Below, one piece after another: positions 1 to 12,102 of a stretch of 64,000 nt of DNA. The stretch comes from Lingula anatina. Taxonomy: Eukaryota; Animalia; Brachiopoda. The notes beneath the pieces are model-generated. The model was not told the DNA's origin, ran no database searches, and was given only the letters and a program-made list of their open reading frames with translations. Position 1 is the first letter of the stretch; each line of letters opens with the position of its first letter. The translations under genes were made by a program, and so were the position numbers. The DNA lies in contig JBPQGU010000016.1 of assembly GCA_051362555.1 (NCBI GenBank), positions 5,518,001 to 5,582,000 on the forward strand, given 5' to 3'.

Positions 1-432
1 AGCTTCTGAATATATCCAGTTCATGCGAAGAAAAAATAATACACATCATCAAGATTTAGAAGATCTGAAAAGACAAAATTCTGTTTTGGATCAACAAGGT
101 AATACTTATCACTGTAGCTTGCTTTATTATAAGGGACTCCAATGTATCAGATAAACTTCTAATCCTTGTTTGATTTTTGCTGCCCAGGGGGGATTTCATA
201 TATAAACATAAAATGATTACTTGAATAATGTATCAATTAATAGAGGGAATTTGTGTTTTCAGTGCGAGCCCTAGAAAAAGCAAAGACAACAGGGACTTTT
301 GCCAGTCAGTCCTCTTCAGGATTAGAGTCAGAAACTGTTCTTAATTCAAACGAAAGACGTGGGTCTGGTTCAGAAAGTTCTGAATCAGATCTGGGACCAG
401 GGAAGAGGAAAAAATTGAAAACTTCAACATAG
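1..432 (+). CDS. MAX: Protein max (MYC-associated factor X), last two coding exons; 5' part outside the window
   Basis: Exons 1-98 and 263-432 (GT-AG intron) translate to [40 protein letters not shown]...[10 protein letters not shown]. This matches helix 2 and the leucine zipper of MAX (human [40 protein letters not shown]) followed by a basic NLS-like tail. Confidence 0.95.
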
Positions 433-3400
433 CAAAGATTTCAACTTATTTTTACTCAATATTGGTAATTTTTTTGATTGGTGTGTCCAGGAAGCTGTTA
501 AAACCATCTTACATATGATATAGTTATAATGTTGTGAAAAAAAGTAGTAGAAGGTGTCCTAATTTTTGTGCCATTTAGTTTTTAGTAAAATCTAAAATCC
601 ATTGTTACTGTATTGACCTTTTTCTTTGTAAATCAAATGTATTTGGAGTTTTGGTATCATCTACCATTAGAAGAGTTATTACATAGAAGCCAGATCAAAT
701 TTGCTATGAAAATTTCGTAACTTTTTGGCCGTAACAGAACTGTTAAGAATAGTCATTTATTCATTTATGGCAAAATTTTCTTAAAATCAGTAAATGAGCA
801 AGATTGAAACTAAGGCCAAGCATTTTGAATATTTTGGTGTGAAAATTATAGCATTGTAACTGGTACTTTGGTTTTAATGAGTGTATGTTCTCAGACAGTG
901 TTACAGTGTACCCCTAAGGTTAACTTGGGGAAACTGACAAAGAGGGGTGAGCAATATTGGTACACTAATGTATTTTATTGACTTCAGAGCCCAAAGAAAC
1001 ACTGCATTCAATAAATTCATTGAATGTATTAACTATGAATGCAGTCCAGATTTTTGAAATAGCATGATTAAATGTTTTTCAAAGGCTTTTTGACTTGGCA
1101 ATGTGCTGAAATTGTATAAATTCTTGTCTGGAAAAATGAGGAAGTTAAGATCATAAACAGAGTTCTATTCTGATATTGCTGCATAGAATTAAGAAAATAT
1201 AAAGGGGTTTATTCTCAGGTGGGAAATGTTTCAGCACAAAGATAATATGTGTAACTGCTGGTAAAGGAGTTTTCTGGTGACTGAGTAATATGTCAGTTAG
1301 TATTATGCTGTGGCTGGGGTATCCTTTAAACTTGTTTGTTCAAAATTACAAGTCTGGTTATTTGTGCAAGTTGAACACAGGGACGAAAAATTAAAAAACC
1401 AGTGTTTCACCACCTGTACAATGACCTCGTAACATTTTGTGTACTCTTTCTAACAAAATATACTTTGTGGTGTTTTAAATGACGAAATTCTAAATAACTT
1501 TTGCACATTATAACCAGTGCCATCACTCACACAAGAATCCACTTTCTTTTTCCCTCTTAACATCCAGTCTTGATTTTAGCATATGTACTTAAGCAGAAGA
1601 GTAATGGATAAGTCAAACTCATGAATGTGTTCAAATAATTTTTCAATAAAATCTGGACAAAAGTTATTTTGAGTTGTGGTTATAGCCAAGACCTGAGTTT
1701 TTTACACTATGTTTGTATCATGATAATGAATAAAGTAGTCTTAAACTGTTTGTTCTTTTTGGTCAATCTTCTGATATAATGAACAAGCATTTTGTTTCTA
1801 TTATTTGCTTTGTATTTATGTTTTTATGTTTCAAAAGATGTTAATGAATACAGTCAGTTTTATACAAGGTGTACTCTGCCCTAAAAATAATGGTCACGCA
1901 TGGACCTGTCGTGACAGCAGGATCCAGTAGATGTCACTGCCAGCATTACAGATGAGTCACCTGCTGGATATTGTTGGTCACCTCTAAGGGTCCTGCCACA
2001 AAATTGATGACAACTGGAAACTCTGTCCATCCAACAGGATACTTGTTTGTTTACTATAAAGAAGTCGAAATCGCCCCCTTTGTAAAGCCCACATAATGAG
2101 CATTTCAGTGAATATTGGGTGCATTCCTAAGTACTACAAAACCAATGTTATGAAAGGAAAGTGATGACTTGATTAAAATTTCTTGGTGAAAGAAAATCTA
2201 ATGTTTCTCTTAGTCTTACATGATAAGAGCATTTCAGAATTAAAAGTGTACTGGGGAAAATCATGAAACCAACAGAACTCACTGGACTCAAAGGGCTCTG
2301 GACTTTAAATAACTTTAATCATGACCCTTTTTAGGACAGATAATCAAAATGTCATAAACAAATCCGAATGGTATTTAGATTTTATTTGACCAGACTTGGA
2401 AGGTTAGACAACATTTCTGCCATGATATTCCAAGCCAAACCCTTAGTATCATTTCCAATATCTATGTCACTGATCTACTTACACAAGGGAGCTTAAAGCT
2501 ATAACTGAACATCACTTAAAACATAAGTAGCATGCTACAAGACAATGGCACACCAGATACAGATTAGATCTGCAGTAAAGTAACAGCTGGACACTCACTA
2601 GGCCTAGTTCAATATTTATGATGTTCATAACACTGGCAGACTTCAAATTATTGATACTCTCCCATGACCTTTGGGTATTATACACATAGAAATAAAACAC
2701 CATTTTGAAAAATGTAAACACAAAAAGACCTCAGAATACCATACTTTACTGAACTCTTACTGAAACAATAAAATACATTTCACTGCTAAATGTAACATCA
2801 TGAGGTATCTTTTTAAAAGACCAAAATTGCACTTCAAACATTCAGATACATCATTTCGTTTTTCACTAACAACAAGCTCTTTTCCAACTAGTTGGAATCT
2901 GGATATATAGGATAACGCTATCCTTCCTTTTTTCCTGACAGAAGTTTTGTTCTGCCTGTTACTTTATTGACAGAGAACAGTGGTCTCAACATGCGGCCTC
3001 TTACCATGCAGATGTTGTTGAATCAAGTTGTTTTTTAAAAGCACTGTACAATCGATAAAGAACAACCATAATGGAACAATTCCATTTTGTTAAAATGTCA
3101 GGTTCAATCATATCAGGTCAATTTCAGTGAGGATCTTTACATCTTTGTTTTCTCTGCCAAACCCATTCAAAACATACTCTATGGGAATTATTAAAATCCC
3201 AACAACAAAAAATAAGGAAGTTCAGTAAGGTCAGTAAAATCAAAGTAAAACAAGATGTCTCTGGCTTTAAACCATGTTGCAGGTGATATACTTGATATAC
3301 ATCACTTTTATTTCTGGTACAAGATACAAATCTTCCAAGAAAAAGATTAACCCATAACACTGGCCTTGCTGACCTGTCCTGTGTCTCGTCCATTGCTGCA

Positions 3401-3518
3401 TTCCATCGTAAATCCAGTATTGAATTATCTTTTCTCTTCTGTACTATAACACTACTGCCTGAATCAGAACATACACTCTTTGAGCCAAATGTTTAGGTAA
3501 AGGTTAATTACTTTAGAG

Positions 3519-6500
3519 TCACACACTGTCTGTGTTGGGAACAGGAAGTTTGTTGAAATGCTGAGTTGCCTTCACTGCAGCCTCTGTGCTTATATTAAAA
3601 ACTGGATGCACTGGTTTCTGAAGAAAAGGTGATATAAAATAAATAAAGCTGGAATCTTGGTTGGCTCAGAAGAGCAAATTACAGAAACTACAGTACATCT
3701 TAAAACAAAATGTACTAACTCCATGTTGAGATAAAATACATAAAATAACATTGTACCATTACATTAAAATGGAATTATGAAAAAATATTCAAATCCATTA
3801 ATGTTTAAAACACTTAATTGTAGAACTTACCAACTTGCAAATTAAATTAAATAAACATTTCTGAATTCAAAGTACTATAATATAATAAAATGAATTTATG
3901 GATAAATGTTGGGATGGATGTTTCAATGCAGGAATTAATTGTAAAACTTACCAATTCATTATTGTTTTGATTCCCTACGACGACACTGTGCCCTATGGGG
4001 CCTGCTGCGAAGTGCTGCGCCACTGAGAGCCCACTGAGGCAGTAACAGGAATGGTAATAATCTCTTGGTCTGGAAACAAACAAGAAAGTCAATCGTTGGC
4101 TTTAACTTGCTGTAACCATCTTCACTGCTAGAAAAGTGTTCAATTAAAAAACCTGAACAGACACTTAACAAAGGTTGCCCTGCTTCAGTCTACATAGGAA
4201 GTACAAATTCTGCTGTATAACAACATTGGGGCCATTTAGGTTAGATGATCCAAGTAATAACTGATTCACCAACTAAATTTAGCTGACCACACTTCAAAAG
4301 CAATGGTCTCCCCACCTCCACATGCGCCATTAAATGGATTAAATCTCAGCTCCGATGTTTGACTGATAGGCCCCTGCAGCAATGGTGCGTGTGGAGGCAG
4401 GGACACCATCATGGAATTAGAGACATCCCTTTTAAAGTGGGGTTGGCTTTATTCAGTCGGCAGATCAATTAGTACTGAGATCATCTATTCTGAATGTCAA
4501 TTAGTACTGAGATCAACTATTCTGAATGTCAATTAGTACTCAGATCATCTATTCTGAATGTCAATTAGTACTGAGATCAACTATTCTGAATGGCCACATT
4601 GTCCATCTCTACTCACTTTCCAGGTTTGTCTAGAAGTCCTCCAGCTGGGTGCTGGCAGCATGTTAACACATATTCTTGGAGTGCCTCTGTCAATATGAAA
4701 TATACACTGATTGATTGGCATAAATATGAGTTAAAGGTCTCTTATTTAACTTTTTACACATTAATGTCACTTTTTAAAGTATTATCATCTGTTGAATCAA
4801 AGCAATTTGTTATATATTAATGATGCTGAAAGTATTTTTGTTTACAAAAAACTTTCAAGTACACTTATGATACAGGTGTGCATCAACAAGTGGTTGTAAG
4901 TGTTACTTAATGTGTAGAAAATAACCCACCTTGCTGAAATAGCCACTTCTCTGCACTAAGTGATACATCCCCTAAAATACAACCAAATCTGAACTAAGTC
5001 ACTGAACTAAATCATAAGTATTGGTTCTAAGATTTGAATAAATAAAAGAAAAGAAAAAACAAGGTCAGTAGGAGGGCCTACATATCAGTTATACTTAATT
5101 TTACAACAACCCTGATAAACATACACCACAAGGAAATACAGTGAGATATTTGTTTTCATTTAATAACATGTCTAATTGTCTTGCCCCAACAATATTCCAG
5201 TACATATAAAATACATACTGTCCATGGAAAGCACCATATGGATCAGAGGGAACGCTCCACCCTGCCAGAAGTACATATAAAATACATACTGTCCATGGAA
5301 AGCACCATATGGATCATAGGAAAAGCTCCACCCTGCCAGAAGTACATATAAAATACATACTGTCCATGGAAAGCACCATATGGATCAGAGGGAACGCTCC
5401 ACCCTGCCAGAAGTACATATAAAATACATACTGTCCATGGAAAGCACCATATGGATCAGAGGAAACACTCCACCCTGCCAGAAGTACATATAAAATACAT
5501 ACTTTTCATGGAAAGCACCATATGGATCAGAGGGAACGCTCCACCCTGCCAGAAGTACATATAAAATACATACTGTCCATGGAAAGCACCATATGGATCA
5601 AAGGAAATGCTCCACCCTGCCAGAAGGAGTAACAACCATCAACTAGTTTATTTGTGCGTCCCTGGAAGCCGCCTTCAAACCCCATCTGTCTGTTTACAGT
5701 CCACCTCTGAAAGTTTGGAAATAACGCTGGTTATAATTAATTTACTGAGCATTAAATTCCACTGCTGTGTAAATGACCCTACAATAAAATTTATTACATG
5801 TTCAGGAAATCCACTGAGATGCAGGATTAATTTAGTCAACAGTTTAAACAGAATTAATCAACGCCTAACAACTACTTCATCAAAGCTTCAAACTAAGCTA
5901 CAAACATTTAATAATTAAAATTATTTCCACTCCTCTTAAATTGTGGTATTGTCCAGGTTTAAAGTCTTAGGAGTAATAGCCAAATACTTTTTATCTCTGT
6001 AAATTATCATAACTTGTTCAGTTTTAATGCATCTTGTTTTAATGTTTTAAAGATATCCTTCAAAAATGCTATACACAATCTCCTCTTTTAAACAATAACT
6101 TTACAACTCATTCTATCTGAGTGGATTCAACAGTTTCAGAATCAAATACATACCAACAAAGAGTGGATTCAAAAGTGTCAGAACAAAATACATACCAACA
6201 AAGAGTGGATTCAAAAGTGTCAGAACAAAATACATACCAACAAAGAGTGGATTCAAAAGTGTCAGAACAAAATACACACCAACAAAGAGTGGATTCAAAA
6301 GTGTCAGAATCAAATACATACCAACAAAGAGTGGATTCAAAAGTGTCAGAACAAAATACATACCAACAAAGAGTGGATTCAACAGTGTCAGAACTAAATA
6401 CATACCAACAAAGACTTGATGTCACACAGCTTTTCATGGCCAAGTAAAATCAAAGCTCCCAGTCCACAGAATGAATACCCTCCATGTGCTTCCATACCAG

Positions 6501-7745
6501 GACAACCTCCAAATCCTCCCTCATAGGTCTGACAGCTGAACACAGTGAAAGAAATATCACCAGAAAGTGAACATCTGATTTGTTTCATGAATCTGATCCT
6601 CAGTTTACTTTACTTCCACGAAAGAAGTAAATGTATTTAGGTCAGTCCTCTTACAACACACACTGTCAATGCAGTATCATTACAAAGATTGTATAATCAC
6701 ATTAATATAAAAAGAAAACAACTTAATTTTTATATGTTGCTAAAATATTAAAATAACATATTTTCTGTAATATACATTTGAACAAACCATTATGGAGTAC
6801 CAGCTGAATTAAGATAGTACAGATTATTTGGGGAGAAGGCAACTGCTTACCTTACTATCCATTCAGGAGTTTTATCAAACATGCTCTCTGTCATGACATT
6901 GGTCAGTCTAGCAGCACTGGCAGCACAGTAAGCACCCCTAGAAATACAGTCTACAATTTGACAATATTCAGGGCATAACAGAAGGATTTTGTAGAAAAAT
7001 AAACTAAGTGCTACTGATATCAATTGTATGGTGAAAAATTGATCATCATATAAAAAACTTTTGAATTTAATTAACAACAAAAACATTTTAACATTCAAGA
7101 TCACGCATAAAATTGCAAATCATATACAACTCAGCACAAAAAATAAGCATCTTCACCTTTTGAACACTACTGGACTTTACTACTGGTAGAATTAGAAAAC
7201 ATCAAAAACAGAACAAAAGTTTCAAGAACAGACATGAAAACTAAGGATCAATATTTCCAATGATAGATAACGAGTGCTGTATTTGTGCCAGTGTAACTAA
7301 CCTCTTATATTAAAGGGAGGGTATATGACATTACCTTATATCAACTTCACCGCCCAAGTGCATCTTGAAGCCACCATCTGGTGTGTGCATTCTTTTGAGA
7401 TATTGTTGTAATTTTTCCCTATAAATGTAAAACAGAAAATTTAAAATAATATCTTAATACTGACAATGTATTCATTCTCAATACAGAAACATATTAATAT
7501 ATTTTGTCAGGACTGTCATGCTACAAAAAGTTTGAAATAGCACCAAATAATCTTCTAACTTAATTGATGAGCTATCACTCCCCACTACCTGGCAATAACA
7601 TCATATGCCTCCTCAGTGTATTTGCCTAGTATTGACAATGCATTGACTGCTGCATATGTGGGGGCCAGGTGAGGTTCCTGCAGGGGTCCCCCTAAAAATA
7701 GGAATAATAATAATATTATATATTAAAACCTACCTTTTTAAGCCA

Positions 7746-7777
<32 letters not shown>

Positions 7778-10003
7778 TACCAAGTTTAATCATTTTAATC
7801 ACTTAATAAATCCATTCTTATTAGGCCTAAATTCATCTTTCCGGAAATTCAAATAACTTTCAGGTATCATTTCCTTAACATAAATCAAGAAAATTCAATT
7901 TGTCAACATTAAGCTTTAATGATTCATTTCTGCACGAGGACCAAAATTTTGTTTTGTTATGTTAGTTGAATGCGTTCTGATTCAAGGTGACAATAATTAC
8001 TGCCGTTACCTCCAAATCCACCAGTAGGACTTTGACATTTCCCTAAAAAATTAGCAATCCTGAAATGAGAAAAATATTTCTATAATTAATATCATTGATT
8101 TTTGCAAAAAAATTTGTCAATAGTTGTGAAAAGAAAAATTTATCTATCTAGTCAAAAAAAATCTACATATTTGACATTACCCCATTAAACATCAAATACA
8201 GTTACTTTATGAAATCACTTACTTTAAAGCTTTATCATCAGATATAAATACACCCAGTAGGTCTAAGCTGTGAAGTATCCAGTAACTTACTTTAAAGCTT
8301 TATCATCAGATATAACTACACCCAGTAGGTCCAAGCTGTGAAGTATCCAGTAACTTACTTTAAAGCTTTATCATCAGATATAACTACACCCAGTAGGTCC
8401 AAGCTGTGAAGTATCCAGTAACAGAGCCAAGGACGACTTGCGTCTAAACACTGACAAAAAAAAGAAAATAAATAAATAAAAATAAAAACTTGATTACTGC
8501 AACTTTACACAGCTTTGCCACAACAAATTTCTTTTTAAAAATGCAGATACAGGCTCTGACCTTGACTAAAAGGGAAGAAAGAGATGGATGATGTTATATA
8601 TTGAGGCTGCCTACTTTTGATATCCTCATATTTATTTCTGATTTAATCTGTGTCAAAAATGAAAGGATGTGTGTTGGCTGTTATCTTTCATAGATACCAA
8701 AATAAAACATATTAAAATTATTCCTTGCAAAATACCATTTAACTATATTAAGGTCCATATCAACATAGACTGACGTCAATATCTAGCTGAAAGTATACAA
8801 TATTTTAAAAAAACTTTGTATATTGTACTGTACAGAAATAAATATTACCCTAAAAGTAATATTAATTAAAGAAAAATAGATGCTTACTTCATATGATTCT
8901 GATAAACTTTCTAAGCCTTTCATTAAAAATTTGACATGCATGTCTTTTTGTAAGACTGGCTGCCTGAAAAGAAAAAAACAATAAAATGCATTCATATGGT
9001 TATTTTATTGTGTTTTTTCATTTCCTCTCAACCTTTTTTTTTTTTAAACAAACCTTGCTACTTATCTCATTTTGTAATAAATATTAATTCTAATGTATGT
9101 CAGACATTTTTGTTACTTATGCTATTTTCACTTTTTTTGAAAAAGCTAACAGAACTATTTATGACAAAATCATTATATGAAGATTCAATTGATACATTCA
9201 TGACTGTACAAAGTTGACAGTTTCACTAACAGGCCTGTAGCCAGGGGGGGTTCGGTGGTTCGAAAGAACCGCCCCTTTTGCTGGGAAAGGTCCACTCTGG
9301 GTAAAATTTGATCTAGGTACATGAGGAGGTTTTTATGGGAAAAGGTCCACTTTTTCAGAAAAAGAACCCCCCTTTTGTAATTGCTGGCTACAGGCCTGAG
9401 TCTAGTGTTATTCATGTAGATCATTTAGGAAGAAAGAACAAATATTTTTATGATAGACATGTTAAAACCTTACTCTGGATATGATTCAGCAATGTTTTTA
9501 AACCTCTTAAAGCATTTAGCAACATCTTCTTCTACTTGGCACTGGAAGAAATGAAAGGTATAATGCTGAAGATCCAGTTAATGATAATGGATTTCTTACA
9601 GTGACAATTTGAAGCGAAAAAGTCTTCATCCAAAAATGCCCATTTGGGCTGATTATTACATGTATTGTAAGTAAAGCTTAACTTTGGGAAAAATGTTAAA
9701 TGGATGGTGTGTGCGTGTGTGCGTGTGTGTGCTTGTATGTGTGCTTGTGTGTGTGCAAATGCTTTATTTGTAGCCTAATTAGTATAAAGACTACTGTAGT
9801 AGTTTTTATAATGATAGTATAGATTTTTCTAGTAGTTTTATAATAAGCAGTTTCAAGTTACTACGCACTACACAAATAAAGAGTCTATTTTCAATGGTTT
9901 AGATTACCTGTTCCTCCGAAGACAAAGTAGCGTTATTATCATTACTATATCGCTCCTTTTCAAAGTTGTCCCGCATAAATCGTAAATTGTTTGTTTCAGC
10001 CAT
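3519..10003 (-). CDS. FNTB: Protein farnesyltransferase subunit beta, 14 coding exons
   Basis: Phase-consistent GT-AG exons: 10003-9908, 9541-9474, 8963-8888, 8450-8359, 8059-8010, 7691-7589, 7418-7335, 6937-6851, 6535-6406, 5706-5574, 4971-4930, 4686-4617, 4069-3952, 3617-3519 (TGA). Motifs: CLDASRPWLCYWILHSL, PHLAPTYAAVNAL, GGEVDIRGAYCA, EAHGGYSFC, GRTNKLVDGCYSFWQ, DYYHSCYCLSGLS. An in-frame upstream ATG at 10102 is an alternative start. Confidence 0.96.
4466..4591. repeat. 31-bp intronic minisatellite, 4 copies, ending ~25 nt from an FNTB donor site
   Basis: TCAATTAGTACTGAGATCA(T/A)CTATTCTGAATG recurs with a 31-bp period. Confidence 0.9.
5198..5626 (-). repeat. 71-bp tandem array, 6 copies, of an FNTB exon 3' end plus its donor site
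   Basis: Units start at 5201, 5272, 5343, 5414, 5485 and 5556. Each holds ~51 nt of exon (FWQGGAFPLIHMVLSMD) plus GTATGTATTTTATATGTACT. Confidence 0.95.
6118..6414 (-). repeat. 42-bp tandem array, 7 copies, spanning an FNTB donor site
   Basis: The unit holds the last 9 exon nt TCTTTGTTG, the GTATGT donor and intron sequence. It explains the repetitive ORFs at 6108-6447. Confidence 0.95.
8217..8421 (-). repeat. 68-bp tandem array, 3 copies, of an FNTB exon 3' part plus GTAAGT donor
   Basis: ACTTAC (donor, reverse complement) occurs at 8217, 8285 and 8353, each followed by the exon sequence for YWILHSLDLLGVVISDDKALK. Confidence 0.95.
9230..9398. mobile_element. MITE-like element with 15-bp terminal inverted repeats
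   Basis: CAGGCCTGTAGCCAG ... CTGGCTACAGGCCTG. A related inverted copy lies at 15676-15828. No clear target-site duplication (TSD). Confidence 0.75.
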
Positions 10004-12102
10004 CCTAAGGCATGCAGCCACAAATGTGTTGTATAGTGCCAAATCCAAGTTGAAGTCATACTCCAAGAGGCCGCTAGGCGTCTCACGAGTCAGAAGTGCC
10101 ATTTCAGGCCAGCGATAGGCAAACTAGCCAGTAACATCAGATTCTAGCATTGCTTTATAAATCTGGTAGAAGGCGGGTCATTGTCATCCGTATATTTAAT
10201 ACTTAATACATATTGAATACATTGTTTTCTTTCTTCTTGTTGGAGAGGAATTTATTTATTTATTATTTTTTTTGGAGGGGGGGGGGGGGGGGAGGGGGGC
10301 TATAGCTGGGGTCAATGGTAACCAAACCTGGATCTTTAGTGTAAAACTTCACTTTATCTCTTATACCCTTATAGAAAATACAGTCAATGCCATACTTCAC
10401 ATGTTGTAAAATGGGAAATGAAACTTTAATAAAATAAAATATATGTCTGCATTTTTAATTTTTCAAATATCATGCATTGGTTTGTTAAAGACAGTTAAAG
10501 ATACACAATGAGCAGGTCAGTGCTTGCTTTAAGACAGAGTATGTACCCATCAAATGTCTGCATAGGAATGGGTTATAACTTTTCAAAAATAGATTTAAGG
10601 CCAAATTTCATGACATCACAGTTTACTTTTTTCATTTAACTTAAAATCTTTCGAATGAGCATGGTTCTTTTAATGAAGGTTTTATCTTGTTACATTTGAA
10701 GTACACAAAGACATTATTAAAATTGTCAAATGAATAAATGCACATTTTATTCATAATTCTTTAGGCAATGAAGATAAAAGTGTAAAAAGTACATTGCAGA
10801 ATGCATAGTTAATCCACCAATATTCATATTGATTTGTATATCCAAAAACATGAACCATTAATGTACAGATATATAAAACCCAATCAACAGATGTCTTAAA
10901 TGACCACAACATGATCCAACAATATAACATTAACCAATAATTAACAACCAGTAACAATTATTATACCATAAAATTCCATTTGAATTTTTACATAATTACC
11001 AAACCTGCATGTGTATCAAGTAATGAAAAGAAAAACAAAACACTGGTCTTTTAATTTGTTCCTGAACACCTGAAGAATAAAAGCATTACATTAACTATGA
11101 GGTTCAATGCAGTAAAACATAAAAGAATCATAAAATTTTCCATCCACTATTTATTTCAGGGAAGAGACCAGTCCTCACAGAAAAAGTAGGAAAATTGGCC
11201 TGGGGTCCAGGGTCCAGGATTCACTTTGACCCAAATGACCCTGAAATGGAGATCTGACAAAAGTCAGGAAATTCCCATCAGTGGAATTTCATTGCCTTCT
11301 CAGAAAAGTTCATTTTCAAGCATAAACTTCTACGTACGGAGTGTGTACACACGCACACACGCACACACTCAGATATCAACAAGACATGCCAAGCGTCCAA
11401 ATTATTGTCTATTGCACAAAATCACAATACATTGTAGGATATAGAGTAGCAAATTCCAGGGTACGATTTTTCATACTGTAGTCGAAAGTCCTTCATATCT
11501 GTCCTTTAATAAATACTTTAACCCAAATGAATTAGCATCACAGTGTCAAGGTTAATAACAACTAGCAGCTCATTTCATTTCCCTTAATTGGTAAACAAAT
11601 GCTTTTCTTTGAACCATGGGTGAAAGTTGTGAAAAGTAAAAATCCTGAAAATGTAGCTTGCAATTTCTCATCACACTTAGACCATTATAATAAATATAAA
11701 TCCATCTTTGCTTAAACTTAAATAATATCTTAAACTAGTAAATGCTTTACCATGCATGATTATCAATCACAGAATTATATTTAACTGTGTGTATTTTAAT
11801 TTCATACTTTATGTATTAATCAGAGTACAAATGTCAATAAAATGACATTTTCAACTTACAACTATATGATTCCATTGTATTTTAAAAAACATGAAATTTT
11901 TGACAGCAAACTAGCCTAAGAGACTCCTGTCAATTCATGCACACATATATGATCAAAATGAAGACTGAAAATTCTGAAATCAGGGATATTCCTGAAAGCT
12001 TTCAACCGTGTTGAACTAAATGCTATAATAAAGGGAATCTCTGTTCTACTGGCAGTGTGTTGTGTTTATCAGCTGTCGTAATATCCTGCTAGCATCAATT
12101 TT

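Noticed and set aside
433-3518. Short ORFs between MAX and FNTB
   Set aside because: No recognisable motifs or exon structure. The region is best explained as 3' UTRs.
5201-5573. 71-bp units as mutually exclusive 43-nt cassette exons (internal CAG acceptor plus donor)
   Set aside because: The main exon has no in-phase GT donor at the matching point (CAG|GG), and the spacer introns would be only 28 nt.
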